From IMG/VR virus record IMGVR_UViG_3300021057_000274, positions 124,001-188,000 of that record: a DNA stretch of 64,000 nt. One strand, given 5' to 3'. This document shows, in pieces, positions 55,701 to 62,769 of the stretch. The notes under the pieces were generated by a model, which made no database searches, was not told the origin of the DNA, and saw only the letters and a list, made by a program, of their open reading frames with translations. The stretch's first letter is position 1, and every line of letters starts with the position of its first letter. Made by a program: the position numbers and the translations under genes.

Positions 55701-58305
55701 GCTCAGGGTCGAGCACCTTTTGCGGAGCGACCTTAGGGACGAGTCCGAGGTACGGGAGCGTCGCGATCAGGTTGTAGATGCTCGAGGTCGAGTCGTAGAA
55801 GAGAGTGACGATGAACTCATCGAGGATCGACGGGCTCGCGGCGGTGACTGGAGAGCGAGACGCGAAAAACTCCTTGAACTCGACGACGAGATCAGGGTCG
55901 ATCGAGTCACCCGAGGAGGGCGGAGTGACGCGACCCTCGACCAGGAGATCAGGCACCTTGCTCTCGATGAACTCTCTGATCATGCTGAAGAGATGCTCGT
56001 AGCTCTGGCGCGCGAACTCGAGGAGAACGGGGATCGTGATCCCCTCCTGAATCATCACCGAGATGAACTTCGCGACCTCCTTGTCGTACTGCTTGATCGT
56101 GCCGCCGGCCCCCATCGCCTTGGAGACGAGGGATCTCCAGTTGTTCTTTCCAGACGCCGATCCGGTCAGCCCGTCCTGCGCCTCGATGATCGAGATGAAG
56201 TGAGTGTAGAGGTCACCCTGCTTGATGACGGTTCGCGTCTCGTTTTGCACGTTCCACTTGAGCTGCGGTGGGATCTCCCAGGTGCCGTCTCGGTCGGCTG
56301 GCGTCGCCTCGATGAGCAGGTCGGTGTCGGCCTCAGACAGGATCGCGGAGGGGGTCTCGAGGGTCCGATAGGTTCCGTCAACCTTGACGTAGAGCTTTCG
56401 GCTCTCGTAGACGTAGCTGCGGATCTCGAGGATGAACTTGTCACCTGCGACGAACGGCGTCGAGCCAGCGATCGGCGTGAAGGTCAAGCCTGACACCGTC
56501 GCGGGAGCACCGACCGGGACGTTAGCATGAGCTCCGCTGACCGTTCCAGTGACCGTGAACGAGTTGGTCGGTTGGAAATACTCGAGGGTGAGAAGCTCAG
56601 GAAGACACGTCACCGCGGTCTTCATGCTCGAGATCGTGCCGTTGCCCATGGCGTCCACCTCTACGATCCGCGCCGAATATCCGTACACCGCGCCGTCTCG
56701 TTCAGGCATGTAACGGCCTGTGGACAGACCCTGGATGTAGGCTTCCCCGTTGATCGTGACGCACTGGTTCAAGAGCTGAGGTGTCGTCTCGATCGCGGTT
56801 TTAGCGATCGGAAGATCCGCGACGCGCGCAAAGAGCTTGCGTTGGAGGTACGCGTCATTGAGGTTCGGGTCGGTGGCCTCTGGGAGAATCTTGAAAGTGT
56901 CGTCAGCGTTGTCGAGCAAGTAGTGCTTGAAGCGCGGTAGCTCACCGAGCTCGACCTTCGCGGCGATCAGCTCGCTCTCGAGCTTGACGTTGAACTCGAT
57001 GATCGGACGCGTCGCTTGAGAGTACAGCTGAAGCGAGTCACGGTTGAGGTTTGAGACGTGGGTCCAGTAGTTGTAGACCGACCACGCAGACGTGCCGCCG
57101 GTCTCGATCACGTAGTACTCCGGGTCACCGGTGACGTTGAACGCGGGAAGCTCGTTCGCCGGGCGGTCGATCCCGGTCCAGTAGTAGTTCCGGAAGTTCG
57201 TGATCTTGTCCTGGTTGATCAGGGTACCTGAGGTGTCGTACTTGACGTACCTCGGCCCTGCGTCAGCCCCTGCTCTCCAGATCGTGCGGAGCGTGCCGTT
57301 GACGTCGCTCGAGTTGTTATAATGCTTGTAGAAACGCACGCGACCAGAGTCATCGGCGAGCGCGTGCTCGAAGATGTAGTCGTTGCTGGCGTCGGTGACG
57401 ATGCGGCGCTCGATGACCGAGTCAACCGGATACGTCGGGTCCTCCTGGTAGTAAAAGATCGCGGAGGCGACGCCGAGGTGAGTCGAGTCAACGTCATAGA
57501 GATCGAACAGCGGGAGCTGGTTCTTTCGTTTCTTTGACTGTCCGAAGGTCGTGCCCGTCTCGCTCGGAGCCAAGCTTACGTCCTGAACGGTGCTCAAGCG
57601 AATCCCGCGCGAGTACTCGATGATCGGGCGTGTCGCCTGGATGAGGTCCTCAAACCCGATCAAGCCGCCGTGAGCGTCGATGAACTCCGAGACCTCCTCC
57701 CGGTGGATCCACATGTTGGTCATCGCCCAGTCGGACCAGGACGCGAGGTTGGGGGCCGGCGAGACCGGCGTCGTGCCGCTCAGCGCGCCGCGCTCGATGA
57801 CGTAGTACTCCGGCTTCTCGCCTGTCTCACCGTAGGTGTTGAAGACGGCCGCGGCCGTCGCGGCGGGCGGAAGGCCGAGCGTCTCAAACGGTAGCGACGG
57901 CGCCGACGTGACCCACTTGCCTACCCAGAAGTACTGGTTATGGTTGCAAAACTTGTCGAGATCGATCGGTGGAACAAAGTTATAGCTCTTGCTCGAGAAC
58001 CAGTCGCCGATCTTCTCATAGTTGCAGCCGAGGAGCACGAGCTTCTGAACGATGTCAGGCCACGAGTAGATGCGCTTCTCGGTCGCATGCTCGGCGTAGA
58101 TGAGCGGCGACAGCTGGTTGAGCTGCCGCTCGAGAGTCAGCTCCTTGAGGTGAACGTCACCAGCGTCAGGATCACCCAGATACCCGTAGACCCCAACCGA
58201 GTCCTCCTTCGAGAGGTGACGATTGAAGAGGTTCCTGAAGAGGGTGTCAACCGTCTTGTCACGGTACCTCTGAGGAAGAAGCTTTAGGAGATCGAGCGAC
58301 GGCAT
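49738..58305 (-). CDS. Giant virion structural protein (2855 aa), baseplate-associated
   Basis: Uninterrupted ORF in the baseplate operon; late promoter 8 nt upstream. Confidence 0.8.
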   Translation of the reverse strand: MPSLDLLKLLPQRYRDKTVDTLFRNLFNRHLSKEDSVGVYGYLGDPDAGDVHLKELTLERQLNQLSPLIYAEHATEKRIYSWPDIVQKLVLLGCNYEKIGDWFSSKSYNFVPPIDLDKFCNHNQYFWVGKWVTSAPSLPFETLGLPPAATAAAVFNTYGETGEKPEYYVIERGALSGTTPVSPAPNLASWSDWAMTNMWIHREEVSEFIDAHGGLIGFEDLIQATRPIIEYSRGIRLSTVQDVSLAPSETGTTFGQSKKRKNQLPLFDLYDVDSTHLGVASAIFYYQEDPTYPVDSVIERRIVTDASNDYIFEHALADDSGRVRFYKHYNNSSDVNGTLRTIWRAGADAGPRYVKYDTSGTLINQDKITNFRNYYWTGIDRPANELPAFNVTGDPEYYVIETGGTSAWSVYNYWTHVSNLNRDSLQLYSQATRPIIEFNVKLESELIAAKVELGELPRFKHYLLDNADDTFKILPEATDPNLNDAYLQRKLFARVADLPIAKTAIETTPQLLNQCVTINGEAYIQGLSTGRYMPERDGAVYGYSARIVEVDAMGNGTISSMKTAVTCLPELLTLEYFQPTNSFTVTGTVSGAHANVPVGAPATVSGLTFTPIAGSTPFVAGDKFILEIRSYVYESRKLYVKVDGTYRTLETPSAILSEADTDLLIEATPADRDGTWEIPPQLKWNVQNETRTVIKQGDLYTHFISIIEAQDGLTGSASGKNNWRSLVSKAMGAGGTIKQYDKEVAKFISVMIQEGITIPVLLEFARQSYEHLFSMIREFIESKVPDLLVEGRVTPPSSGDSIDPDLVVEFKEFFASRSPVTAASPSILDEFIVTLFYDSTSSIYNLIATLPYLGLVPKVAPQKVLDPELNLEMLIHHDGHRSKLLPTSDDVLKKIVTKRFKRTFGNETPGVIGTEFPARPYRGQFWYKTSTKELFIYRVISDQGERPDDAENGDYSYDRLNNVLWQFNGAWVEIGSSVVQVGAPWTLVKLDLLAQNLTLVIEQELFDHCPTLTQAFDPAPLRASVNYFDFMKLEFERFGAKYNVPDVYSTIFDQANAFTWNYISATIPGTTSQHAAWQEVYLDVYGTSRPDLEPWILAGYADEATLMAALVGAGALPGGTTEWLPIFWTDFEVLTFLRARLVLLGRPQKFSVKTATAELLPPYSTDPESLLSVPPTGVADKYFFGDMGPIEIFWRKTLDFLYSEQKVFFKLDPLSYVYHTWGTKQKTLGEYTFYADVGKKKAPVDISLHGEPLTELIDATWITATMTSLPGFDQEYVLTCVSRQDGIFKVTGTGIITPQFITNFTYSNAFINVTLTEKKRGFFWGDTFKVKIDAEVPELTVEVVPQTYFRAEGLNQIYVQYSRNFGEDVAISLNSTLLKSWTPKLSYRCAGLINTDSLKMRVGSEVIETPAYAVRLKENKFHTSSWINALRVQLVHRGATVFSNNVSVPAIGPTGSYGEDWIFRVDAYNSERPGLAWYQFDLNGEHTTFTALDGLQASMSWKRYKTPSAVVNYRTPFLVTGIQNFLNFIFGYADKMHDEGWRFTDVENPIIDPQWHRTIDYQFLAEKFIVQQFSGVDAGSSFLFNPFYRKAWFMTPRGMLSNVFEALGLEQETVCSILTQHKKKLRPDQVRVFRQDDVTQLVFDEPVFTLHALTSEYEHVILLENYTVGKALIYDPFLGQQAKKVLFSGRRQAAFTGKLDFGGHFIVGDEVKKNIESSVNGLSKLYDPNVAASPEIDRARSILGFDRKRYFEDRETSEISEFKFWQGLIANKGTNLSLNAFINSSKFETANLDEYWAYRYAEYGDARKRLFPELRVEADDCTGERTSYLFLEEDESLFAMKRFDEGEYDESLFDFSTIYDLTSAEGIELFDATNMIIVFPDDETRWHKYDDLKALTSFQLKVLAEMTIVPDSLDKLYSITDKSGNPVRADCFELINVELADETESSGVYRERGDYVAATDPAEYSTAKFERVNASTIKINDVALLNRIIKVVAYGPNFEQYSPVALYNYKTGDLVRSDIIWWDPARGHHHPEAHSLISYEQAADPAKYNQTSLGRNSDPLRTWGEKQVGKLWWDTADLDWKPYHDSKIFEDVNDRLRHWGALADFSKVNVYEWVRSEVPPAEYGSETEGEVAQSYLVTRDRVWWQRVVAWKVKNPTDGVIKFLAYQPAKLKTFLTNGHGTLVVNAGKFEDYGVVRGTKIAGAIYTSTTKTDANLARIFGMAEVTSESSTISVGTAAAYTGGPTFASSNFVTTFTLEIDDQTYAFNGELGDYNLSNFTDGGVDYIKLQAPSGKNQIIEVHDTPVQAGTKDSYFFDQLGIKIFYTVTYGHADTWPAPIGGVPSEAQRKSTMATAIGNAAHDIYLRSTVTVFSPIAFVDGVTTYTTLDATADLTTNGWIAWNDPIENPNLVTNKNLNPYSPVAGEWVEVDDFLIDLASDISSHMADPWTWFGGADYTPYRSTWTTWTKVVDDFREAKYFVTGSDTLNDFLEDKFTYASMLAADVKERGYLYLNGTMIRHADWTVSQNGVDAFVQVTDEAIASEGDVITFKLVPAEVTTEDLEFDPDVADTDPYKLVQYKHDFPHVRELRRDEVSGLSVNVYYFWVKEKRSPARGKALAVNQIAALLTNHDGLYAVPQGLKWYNQLDGRPNRYAILSVQGLRRHVKENDSYKLRLTLDQTLRSDPTAELKNVHTEWILLRKFQPTRIPKKLWDTLTDSLCGESQVGDPLPFSVREIYDQRNESSIRYGLSGEQIMVDPKIARETVKYTILNTQVTRLVDGAKVPHYISYEGFDINKLDTYLSTTAEIKKLMADLWRFANPKQLSEIFFEVLEDSLAKTPELKDFFKTSYVSLNDVRIVS

Positions 58306-58313
58306 GGGTCAGG

Positions 58314-58319
58314 TATTTA
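58314..58319 (-). promoter_or_regulatory. Late promoter core TAAATA, 8 nt before ATG
   Basis: Direct reading. Confidence 0.65.
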
Positions 58320-58349
58320 CAACACCTACCCAAGTGAGCCAGACCGTCT

Positions 58350-61300
58350 CTACGCCTTTTGCTTGAGCGTCGACTTGTCAATGCCCTCGATGATCTCGAT
58401 GTTCTCGAGACTAGCAGCCGAGACGAAGATCTCGTCGGCGGCGCTGCGGAGGTAGAAGAGGTCACCGAAGTAGTTCGTCGGGTAGGACGGCACAAGCACC
58501 GCCGACGAGATCTCGTTGCCGAGGTCCTTGTGGATCTGAGAGCAGAGATCAGTCGCGTAGAAGCTCTGCCCGAAGTTCCACTTCTCGATCGAGAAGTAGT
58601 CCTCGATGACGTCGAGAGCGCGCGCTCTGATCTGGTTGCCCGTCATCTTGGCCGCCGGACTGATGACGATCCTAAACCGTCCGCGAAGCTCTGGGCGCGC
58701 CGCGTCACCGAAGAGATACTTGATCTTTCCCGAGTGCATGATCACCGTGTCGGACATCATCTTGCTCAAGATCGTGTCCCGGTACGTGCTGCGCAGCTCG
58801 AGACTAGACGGCGGGAGCGGCTCGACGGCCTCGATCCCCTTGACGAAGTTTCTCACCCGGGAGTAGTACCCTCGCGTGAGGATGTACATGTCGATGATGT
58901 TTGTTGAGGTCGGGTCGAGAAGATGATCATGGCGCGCGAAGTGCTGCCACATGAAGTAGAGCCCGTCACGCCCGCGTCTGCGAACGTACTTTCCTGACAC
59001 GTCATCGGTGTAGGTCAGGGTCTCGATGAAGAGGGTGCGCTTGACTGGGGTTAGCTTTCCCGCGTCATCCTTGGTGAAGTAAACGTAGTCGCTCGAGCTG
59101 AACAGCTTGAGAAATTCAGGGTTTTGGATCGCTCCGTCACCCGAGAAGGTGAGCTGGGTCGGGTCAGCTGGAGTGACCGAGATCGCGTTGATGTTCGTGT
59201 CACCGTTAGTGTAGTTGACGTCACTGATCACCGAGTAGAGGTGGTCCTCACCGAGCGGCGCCGCGCGCGCCGCGTCAAGGTTCGACTTGAGCAAGCGAAC
59301 CGTGTCGAAGACGCGAGTCTTGGTCTCAGGATCGATGACCGGCTCGCTCCTCTCGAAGAAGAACTTGGTAGTCGGGCTCTCGGCGATCAGCTTGAAGTTG
59401 CGCTTCGTGATCGTCCAGTACAGGAGGTTGCCGTTGCTGTCGTCGGTTCGCTCAACGAGCATGACCCAGGAGGCCGGGAGAGAGTCGAGCGAGTAAGCCT
59501 CGGTCTCGGGCGTCGAGGAGAGCGCCGAGTCGTCGATCATCTTGAAGCGACCCTGGAGGTTGCGCTTGTGGAGAGTCGGGGTTAGGGTGCTGCCCACCGT
59601 CACTACGACGATGATGAAAGCGTCGCCGATCTGAATCTCACGATCAACGTCAGCCGTCGGGAAGTCGATGAGGAACGAGAGGATGCCGTTGTCATAGTTC
59701 TCGCCGATCTGTCCGTTGCCGGTGTCACCGGTGACCGAGCCGTAGACCGCGAAGTTGCCGTCAGCGTCGAGGATCTCGATCGTCCACGTCTCCTCCTTGC
59801 CCGCGCTCTGATCGATGCGCGCCGAGGTGAAGGCGTCGACCGTGATCGTCGTGGTGTCCTCTGGCACGATCTTGAGCGTCGACCCGAACGTGCGGATCGG
59901 GTCGAACGCGATCCCGAAGCGCTTCTGAGAACCAGTGATCTGGAGACCTGACACTGAACCAGGGTTCGAGACGAGGGTATACACTCCGGTCAGCGTGTTC
60001 TTCGTCACCATCTTTAAGTTGGCGTCGTAGATGCGCTTGTCGGTGTCACCGTTGACGACGCCGTACGCCGTCTTGGAGTTGCTCGAGGACTCTGAGAGGT
60101 TTGAGTCGAGAAGAACGGTTGAGTCAGGTTCACCGTACCAGTGACGGTCTAGCAACCCTTGGATCTCGGTCTTCTCCATCACCTGGAATCCGTCAGAGAG
60201 CACCAACCCCGAGTCCTCAACGAACCTCGTTCGCGGCCGCACGAGGGCCAGGTTAAAGGGCGACGCGCTGATCGAGAAGGCGTAGGTGATCAGGTTGTAG
60301 ATGCCGGGCTCCGAGAGAATCGGCTCGATCACCTCGTCGATCAAGCTCCGCGGAGAGATCTGGGAGACGGTCGTCTCAGCCGAGATCTCGTAGTACATCC
60401 GCAAGTCATTACCGAAGATCTTGACGTTGCGGTACTTGCCGGAGGCGTCGTTGACTAAAATCCCCTTCGACTCGCCGGCGTACGTGCGGTTGATCGACTT
60501 GAGACGGAGGATCGACGGGTCGCTGAGCGGAAAGCTGTTGTAGTCCTCACCGTTCACCATCCGGTTCTGAGTGAAGTAGACGCCCGGGGCGACCTTGCGG
60601 ATGTGCTCGATGTCCTCGCTCGGCGCCGAGTTTTGGAGCGGGGCAGTTAGCGAGTAGGTGAGAGTGCAACTCTCTTGCCGCCCGAGCTTGGAGGTGTAGA
60701 GAAACGTCGCGTTCTCGTTCGCGATCTCGTTCTTGGCGACCGTCGCGCTTCCGCTCTCAGATTGGCGAACCCAGATGTGAAAGACGCCGGTCGGGATGTC
60801 AGCGAAGTCACCGTCGCCGAAGATGAGCCTGATCTGATCGTTCTCGAGGGTCTCGACAGAGTACTTGGTGCGGGTGGCGACGTTGTTGAAGGCGAGGTTG
60901 CGACCGACGACGCTCGGTACGTTCTCCCAGTGCTCGAGGATCTCCCCCCGTGAGTCCACCTTCTGCACCCAGACGTCGACGTCGTTGATGTTGTTCAAGC
61001 CGATCTCGAGGACGCGGTCGAGGAGCTTGGTGTCGAAGACGTGGACGAGCTTCTGGAGAGTACCTTGCTTCGTGTACATCATGAAGCCGGTCGTGTCCGA
61101 CGAGTAGCCGTAGCCGTCGTCGAGGTAGAGGATCGAGAAGAAGTCATTCGGGTTTGGCGCCCGCTCAAAAGCCCCGCTCTCGTCAACGTCGGCAGGAACA
61201 AGCTCGAAGCTGAGGTCCTGGCCGTTGACAGGGGCCTTCAGCTTGAGGACGCCGTTGCGAAACGAGCTGCGATTGTTGTCGCTCTCGAGGATGTTCTTGA

Positions 61301-61841
61301 GTTGGTATTGCTGAAAGATCGTGTTGTCGACCTGAAACGACTTGAGCGGATGCCCGAACTGCTGGGTGAGCACCCGGTTCAAGACGATGAAGAACTGCTC
61401 ATGCCACAGCGGATTGTTCGCGTCGTTCCAGCGAATGACTCGGTTCGCGAGCGAGTTACCCTGTGAGTCCCGAATGTCCTCAGAGATCGAGATCGACGTG
61501 ATCTTGACCAGTCCCCGGAGCGGAATGTTTCTAGTCGCCGAGTACGAGATCATCTTCGCCATGCGGAGGATGCTCTGCTTTCGCTGGGCGTCCGTGATCG
61601 CGTTCTCGTGACCGATCAGATCGGTCCGGTACGCCATCAGCTCCGCGACGTAGGCGAACGTCGAGATGAGAGCCATCGTCTGGCTCGTCTCGATGTAGTC
61701 GTTGAAGTTCTCTGGGTAGTAGAACTTGAGGTAGTCGATCAACGATTGCTTGACCGCGTCATAGTCGTACGCGGTGAAGTTGATCTCCTCAAAAGCCTTA
61801 TAGACTTTTTCCCAGGACTCGGCCGCGGTGGAGAGATGCAT
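58350..61841 (-). CDS. gp6: Baseplate wedge subunit (T4 gp6-like, extended)
   Basis: FTAYDYDAVKQSLIDY..FNDY..AYVAELMAYRTD..AQRKQSILRMAKMISY; RMVNGEDY. Confidence 0.85.
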   Translation of the reverse strand: MHLSTAAESWEKVYKAFEEINFTAYDYDAVKQSLIDYLKFYYPENFNDYIETSQTMALISTFAYVAELMAYRTDLIGHENAITDAQRKQSILRMAKMISYSATRNIPLRGLVKITSISISEDIRDSQGNSLANRVIRWNDANNPLWHEQFFIVLNRVLTQQFGHPLKSFQVDNTIFQQYQLKNILESDNNRSSFRNGVLKLKAPVNGQDLSFELVPADVDESGAFERAPNPNDFFSILYLDDGYGYSSDTTGFMMYTKQGTLQKLVHVFDTKLLDRVLEIGLNNINDVDVWVQKVDSRGEILEHWENVPSVVGRNLAFNNVATRTKYSVETLENDQIRLIFGDGDFADIPTGVFHIWVRQSESGSATVAKNEIANENATFLYTSKLGRQESCTLTYSLTAPLQNSAPSEDIEHIRKVAPGVYFTQNRMVNGEDYNSFPLSDPSILRLKSINRTYAGESKGILVNDASGKYRNVKIFGNDLRMYYEISAETTVSQISPRSLIDEVIEPILSEPGIYNLITYAFSISASPFNLALVRPRTRFVEDSGLVLSDGFQVMEKTEIQGLLDRHWYGEPDSTVLLDSNLSESSSNSKTAYGVVNGDTDKRIYDANLKMVTKNTLTGVYTLVSNPGSVSGLQITGSQKRFGIAFDPIRTFGSTLKIVPEDTTTITVDAFTSARIDQSAGKEETWTIEILDADGNFAVYGSVTGDTGNGQIGENYDNGILSFLIDFPTADVDREIQIGDAFIIVVVTVGSTLTPTLHKRNLQGRFKMIDDSALSSTPETEAYSLDSLPASWVMLVERTDDSNGNLLYWTITKRNFKLIAESPTTKFFFERSEPVIDPETKTRVFDTVRLLKSNLDAARAAPLGEDHLYSVISDVNYTNGDTNINAISVTPADPTQLTFSGDGAIQNPEFLKLFSSSDYVYFTKDDAGKLTPVKRTLFIETLTYTDDVSGKYVRRRGRDGLYFMWQHFARHDHLLDPTSTNIIDMYILTRGYYSRVRNFVKGIEAVEPLPPSSLELRSTYRDTILSKMMSDTVIMHSGKIKYLFGDAARPELRGRFRIVISPAAKMTGNQIRARALDVIEDYFSIEKWNFGQSFYATDLCSQIHKDLGNEISSAVLVPSYPTNYFGDLFYLRSAADEIFVSAASLENIEIIEGIDKSTLKQKA

Positions 61842-61845
61842 GGGG

Positions 61846-61851
61846 TATTTA
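61846..61851 (-). promoter_or_regulatory. Late promoter core TAAATA, 4 nt before ATG
   Basis: Direct reading. Confidence 0.65.
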
Positions 61852-61884
61852 CATCATGTAGATCTTGCTAGCAGCGTCAAGAAT

Positions 61885-62769
61885 CTACATCACGTAGATC
61901 TTTCCCTTAGCTAAATGGAAGGCATTTTTCACTTCCTCCTCCGCGATTCTAGGTAATCTCGCCCAGAGTTGTAGCGCCTTCTTCCACTTTCGCTCATCCC
62001 TAGTGCGTGGATGATCGTCATGAAACTTCTCTGGAAGGGGATTCAGCTCGATTTGCCCCTTGAGAATGTACTGAGCGAACAACTCATAGATAAACTCAAA
62101 GTAAGTCACGAGGTTTTTCTTCCTCGCAGAGCGCATCGTCCCGAGATGATGCGCCAGGTGCTTGATGAGAGCGTTCATCGCGTCCTCCCAGACATGGTAA
62201 TTGTTTAAGTGACTAGGATGGCCCGGATCTGCTTCCTCAACGTCATATCCAGTCTTGATGATTTCTAATAAGGACTTTTCTAATCTCGTGATGAAGCCTG
62301 TGAGTGGACTGTGGCTCTTTGGCCCTCCAGTTAGAGCATGGGCAAACCGGTGAGCTAGCATCCAGGGTGTCAGGCTAACCAGCTTTTCGTCAGACAGATT
62401 GTTCGTGATGATGACAGAGATGTTGCTCGAGTTGCTAGTTTTGCTCGCCCACTCAGCCGCGTTCTTTCCTAAATGCTCCTTGATCCATGACACTGGCTTG
62501 CTTCCTACCTGAACGGGAGCAGATTCAATTCCATAATACATGATGGTACCCTTAGACGGTTTGCTACCGTCCGCTTTCCTTGAATCCGGGTCCCAAAAGT
62601 AAAAATTGACGTCTACGGGTACCTTCTTAAAGAATTCACGATACTTTTCTTGATGTTCAGAGCTAGGAATTCTCTTAGAATCAGAGCTAGCGTAACCCTT
62701 TCCTGAAAACCCATCAGCGACCTTAAGATCTGCGATGGGCGCTTCGACGAGAAGGTCCGTGAGTTTCAT
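61885..62769 (-). CDS. AT-richer hypothetical protein, probable internal head protein, with HRxxH motif
   Basis: MKLTDLLVEAP N-terminus; PWMLAHRFAHAL. Confidence 0.65.
   Translation of the reverse strand: MKLTDLLVEAPIADLKVADGFSGKGYASSDSKRIPSSEHQEKYREFFKKVPVDVNFYFWDPDSRKADGSKPSKGTIMYYGIESAPVQVGSKPVSWIKEHLGKNAAEWASKTSNSSNISVIITNNLSDEKLVSLTPWMLAHRFAHALTGGPKSHSPLTGFITRLEKSLLEIIKTGYDVEEADPGHPSHLNNYHVWEDAMNALIKHLAHHLGTMRSARKKNLVTYFEFIYELFAQYILKGQIELNPLPEKFHDDHPRTRDERKWKKALQLWARLPRIAEEEVKNAFHLAKGKIYVM

Noticed and set aside
50239-60953. Long + strand ORFs (e.g. 52645-53568, 54040-55092, 55321-56493)
   Set aside because: These are shadow frames antisense to large structural genes, expected from GC-rich codon bias. 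They show no motifs or expression signals.
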